DNA from: Phoronis australis | Taxonomy: Eukaryota; Animalia; Phoronida | NCBI GenBank assembly: GCA_002633005.1 | Contig: NMRA01000545.1 | Coordinates: 217,690 to 281,689 of the forward strand | Length of the DNA: 64,000 nt | Direction of reading: 5' to 3' | Part shown: piece after piece, positions 63,169 through 64,000 of the stretch | Layout of the letters: every line of letters starts with the position of its first letter | How positions within the stretch are numbered: position 1 is the stretch's first letter | Position numbers and translations under genes: made by a program | Notes under the pieces: model-generated | What the model saw: only the letters and a program-made list of their open reading frames with translations | The model's database searches: none | Told to the model about the DNA's origin: nothing

Positions 63169-64000
63169 CCGTAATCGTTCGGGTTAACGCCCTGGGCGGT
63201 TAAATTGTCGAATCCAAAAAATCGGGGGAGGGCGGTTAACCGAGCAGTGGGCGGTTAAATCGAAAATCCACCTAAAGTAGGGGAAGGGCGGTTAACCGAA
63301 CATGGGCGCTTATTACGACAGACAACCGCCCTGGGCGGTTAATCTTACCTGGCGATCTAAATCCCGACACGGCAATCATACTCGGAACGCGTAGCCAAAT
63401 GACTGTGAAAACGTCATAACAGCGGATGATTCCAACAAAGGTTCTCTTGCCCTCAGATTAGTAATTTACAATTAATTTTATGAAATTGCTGAGTAATAGC
63501 CGTCCTGTGGTGCGCAGACGACCAGTCACCACGCAGCCTCCACTAGAATTAAAACTGTTTCAAGATGTGACCCTGCTTAAGTGCGCGCGTGCAAGCTTCA
63601 GGTGTTGCAGAGGTCAGACATCAAATTTATGGTTACAGTCTGGTACTATATGAAGCTGTCAAGTTCTGAGTCAGACAGCAGTTTTAAAATTGGTTGTAAT
63701 AAAAGTTTGAAAAACTTAACTCTGCTGTTTTTTGTGTTTGGAATGTTATAGTCGACACTCCGTGACTCAATGACATTTTCAGCGTATGGTTCTGCGGCTA
63801 GCTGTCTTATCTCGACAGCCCGGCATTGCTCTCTTGCCGTTACGCCAAACATGCTATGCAAAGAAGTAAGACAAGGATCGGGGGTGGTCGAGCCAGTCGT
63901 CGATCAAGAATAAAATTTCAAGCAACTGCATAAATATGTTACAAAATGTCAGAAAACAGCAATGTTTCAATTCATTATTCTAAACGATCACCTTACCAAA
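63169..64000. mobile_element. Left end of a Tc1/pogo-like element (TA|CCGTA terminus), probably extending past the window edge
   Basis: TA-CCGTAATCG start and about five subterminal GGGCGGTTAA repeats within 63190-63345; the right boundary is not seen. Confidence 0.5.

Noticed and set aside
52796-64000. Downstream exons of the F-BAR gene
   Set aside because: No segment encoding the expected G.....F..L....K.G continuation with proper splice sites was found by eye; short ORFs here look non-coding or TE-derived.

Overview
Intron-rich eukaryotic DNA from an AT-rich animal (bilaterian invertebrate-type) genome scaffold with four N-gaps; it is not prokaryotic, so most entries in the ORF track are spurious. 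Manual splicing (GT-AG sites, consistent phases) reconstructs a 10-exon vasculin/GPBP1(L1)-family gene (minus, 2774-21145) head-to-head with TMEM69 (plus, 25672-26484). Next come an unrecognised, very basic 227-aa ORF (minus, 31499-32182) head-to-head with a 7-exon RTF2 gene (plus, 36373-43361), a small KCNE-like single-pass membrane ORF (plus, 47268-47567), and an intronless class 2 DHODH (minus, 51320-52564) whose ATG lies about 200 bp from the first exon of a probable FCHO-type F-BAR gene. Introns and spacers hold many non-autonomous elements: DINE-1/Helentron-like elements whose internal ~150-bp repeats each carry a CTCF-like motif, an Academ-type long-TIR element, Harbinger-, hAT-, Merlin-, Sola2- and pogo-like MITEs, a piggyBac relic, LINE 3' ends, tRNA-derived SINE heads and minisatellites. 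Best leads: the orphan basic protein (two DHxY motifs, AT-hook-like core, CHZ-like tail), the KCNE-like protein, the CTCF-motif arrays in rolling-circle-type elements, the intronless DHODH and the conserved GPBP1L1-TMEM69 divergent pair. All family calls come from recalled motifs; no database search was run.
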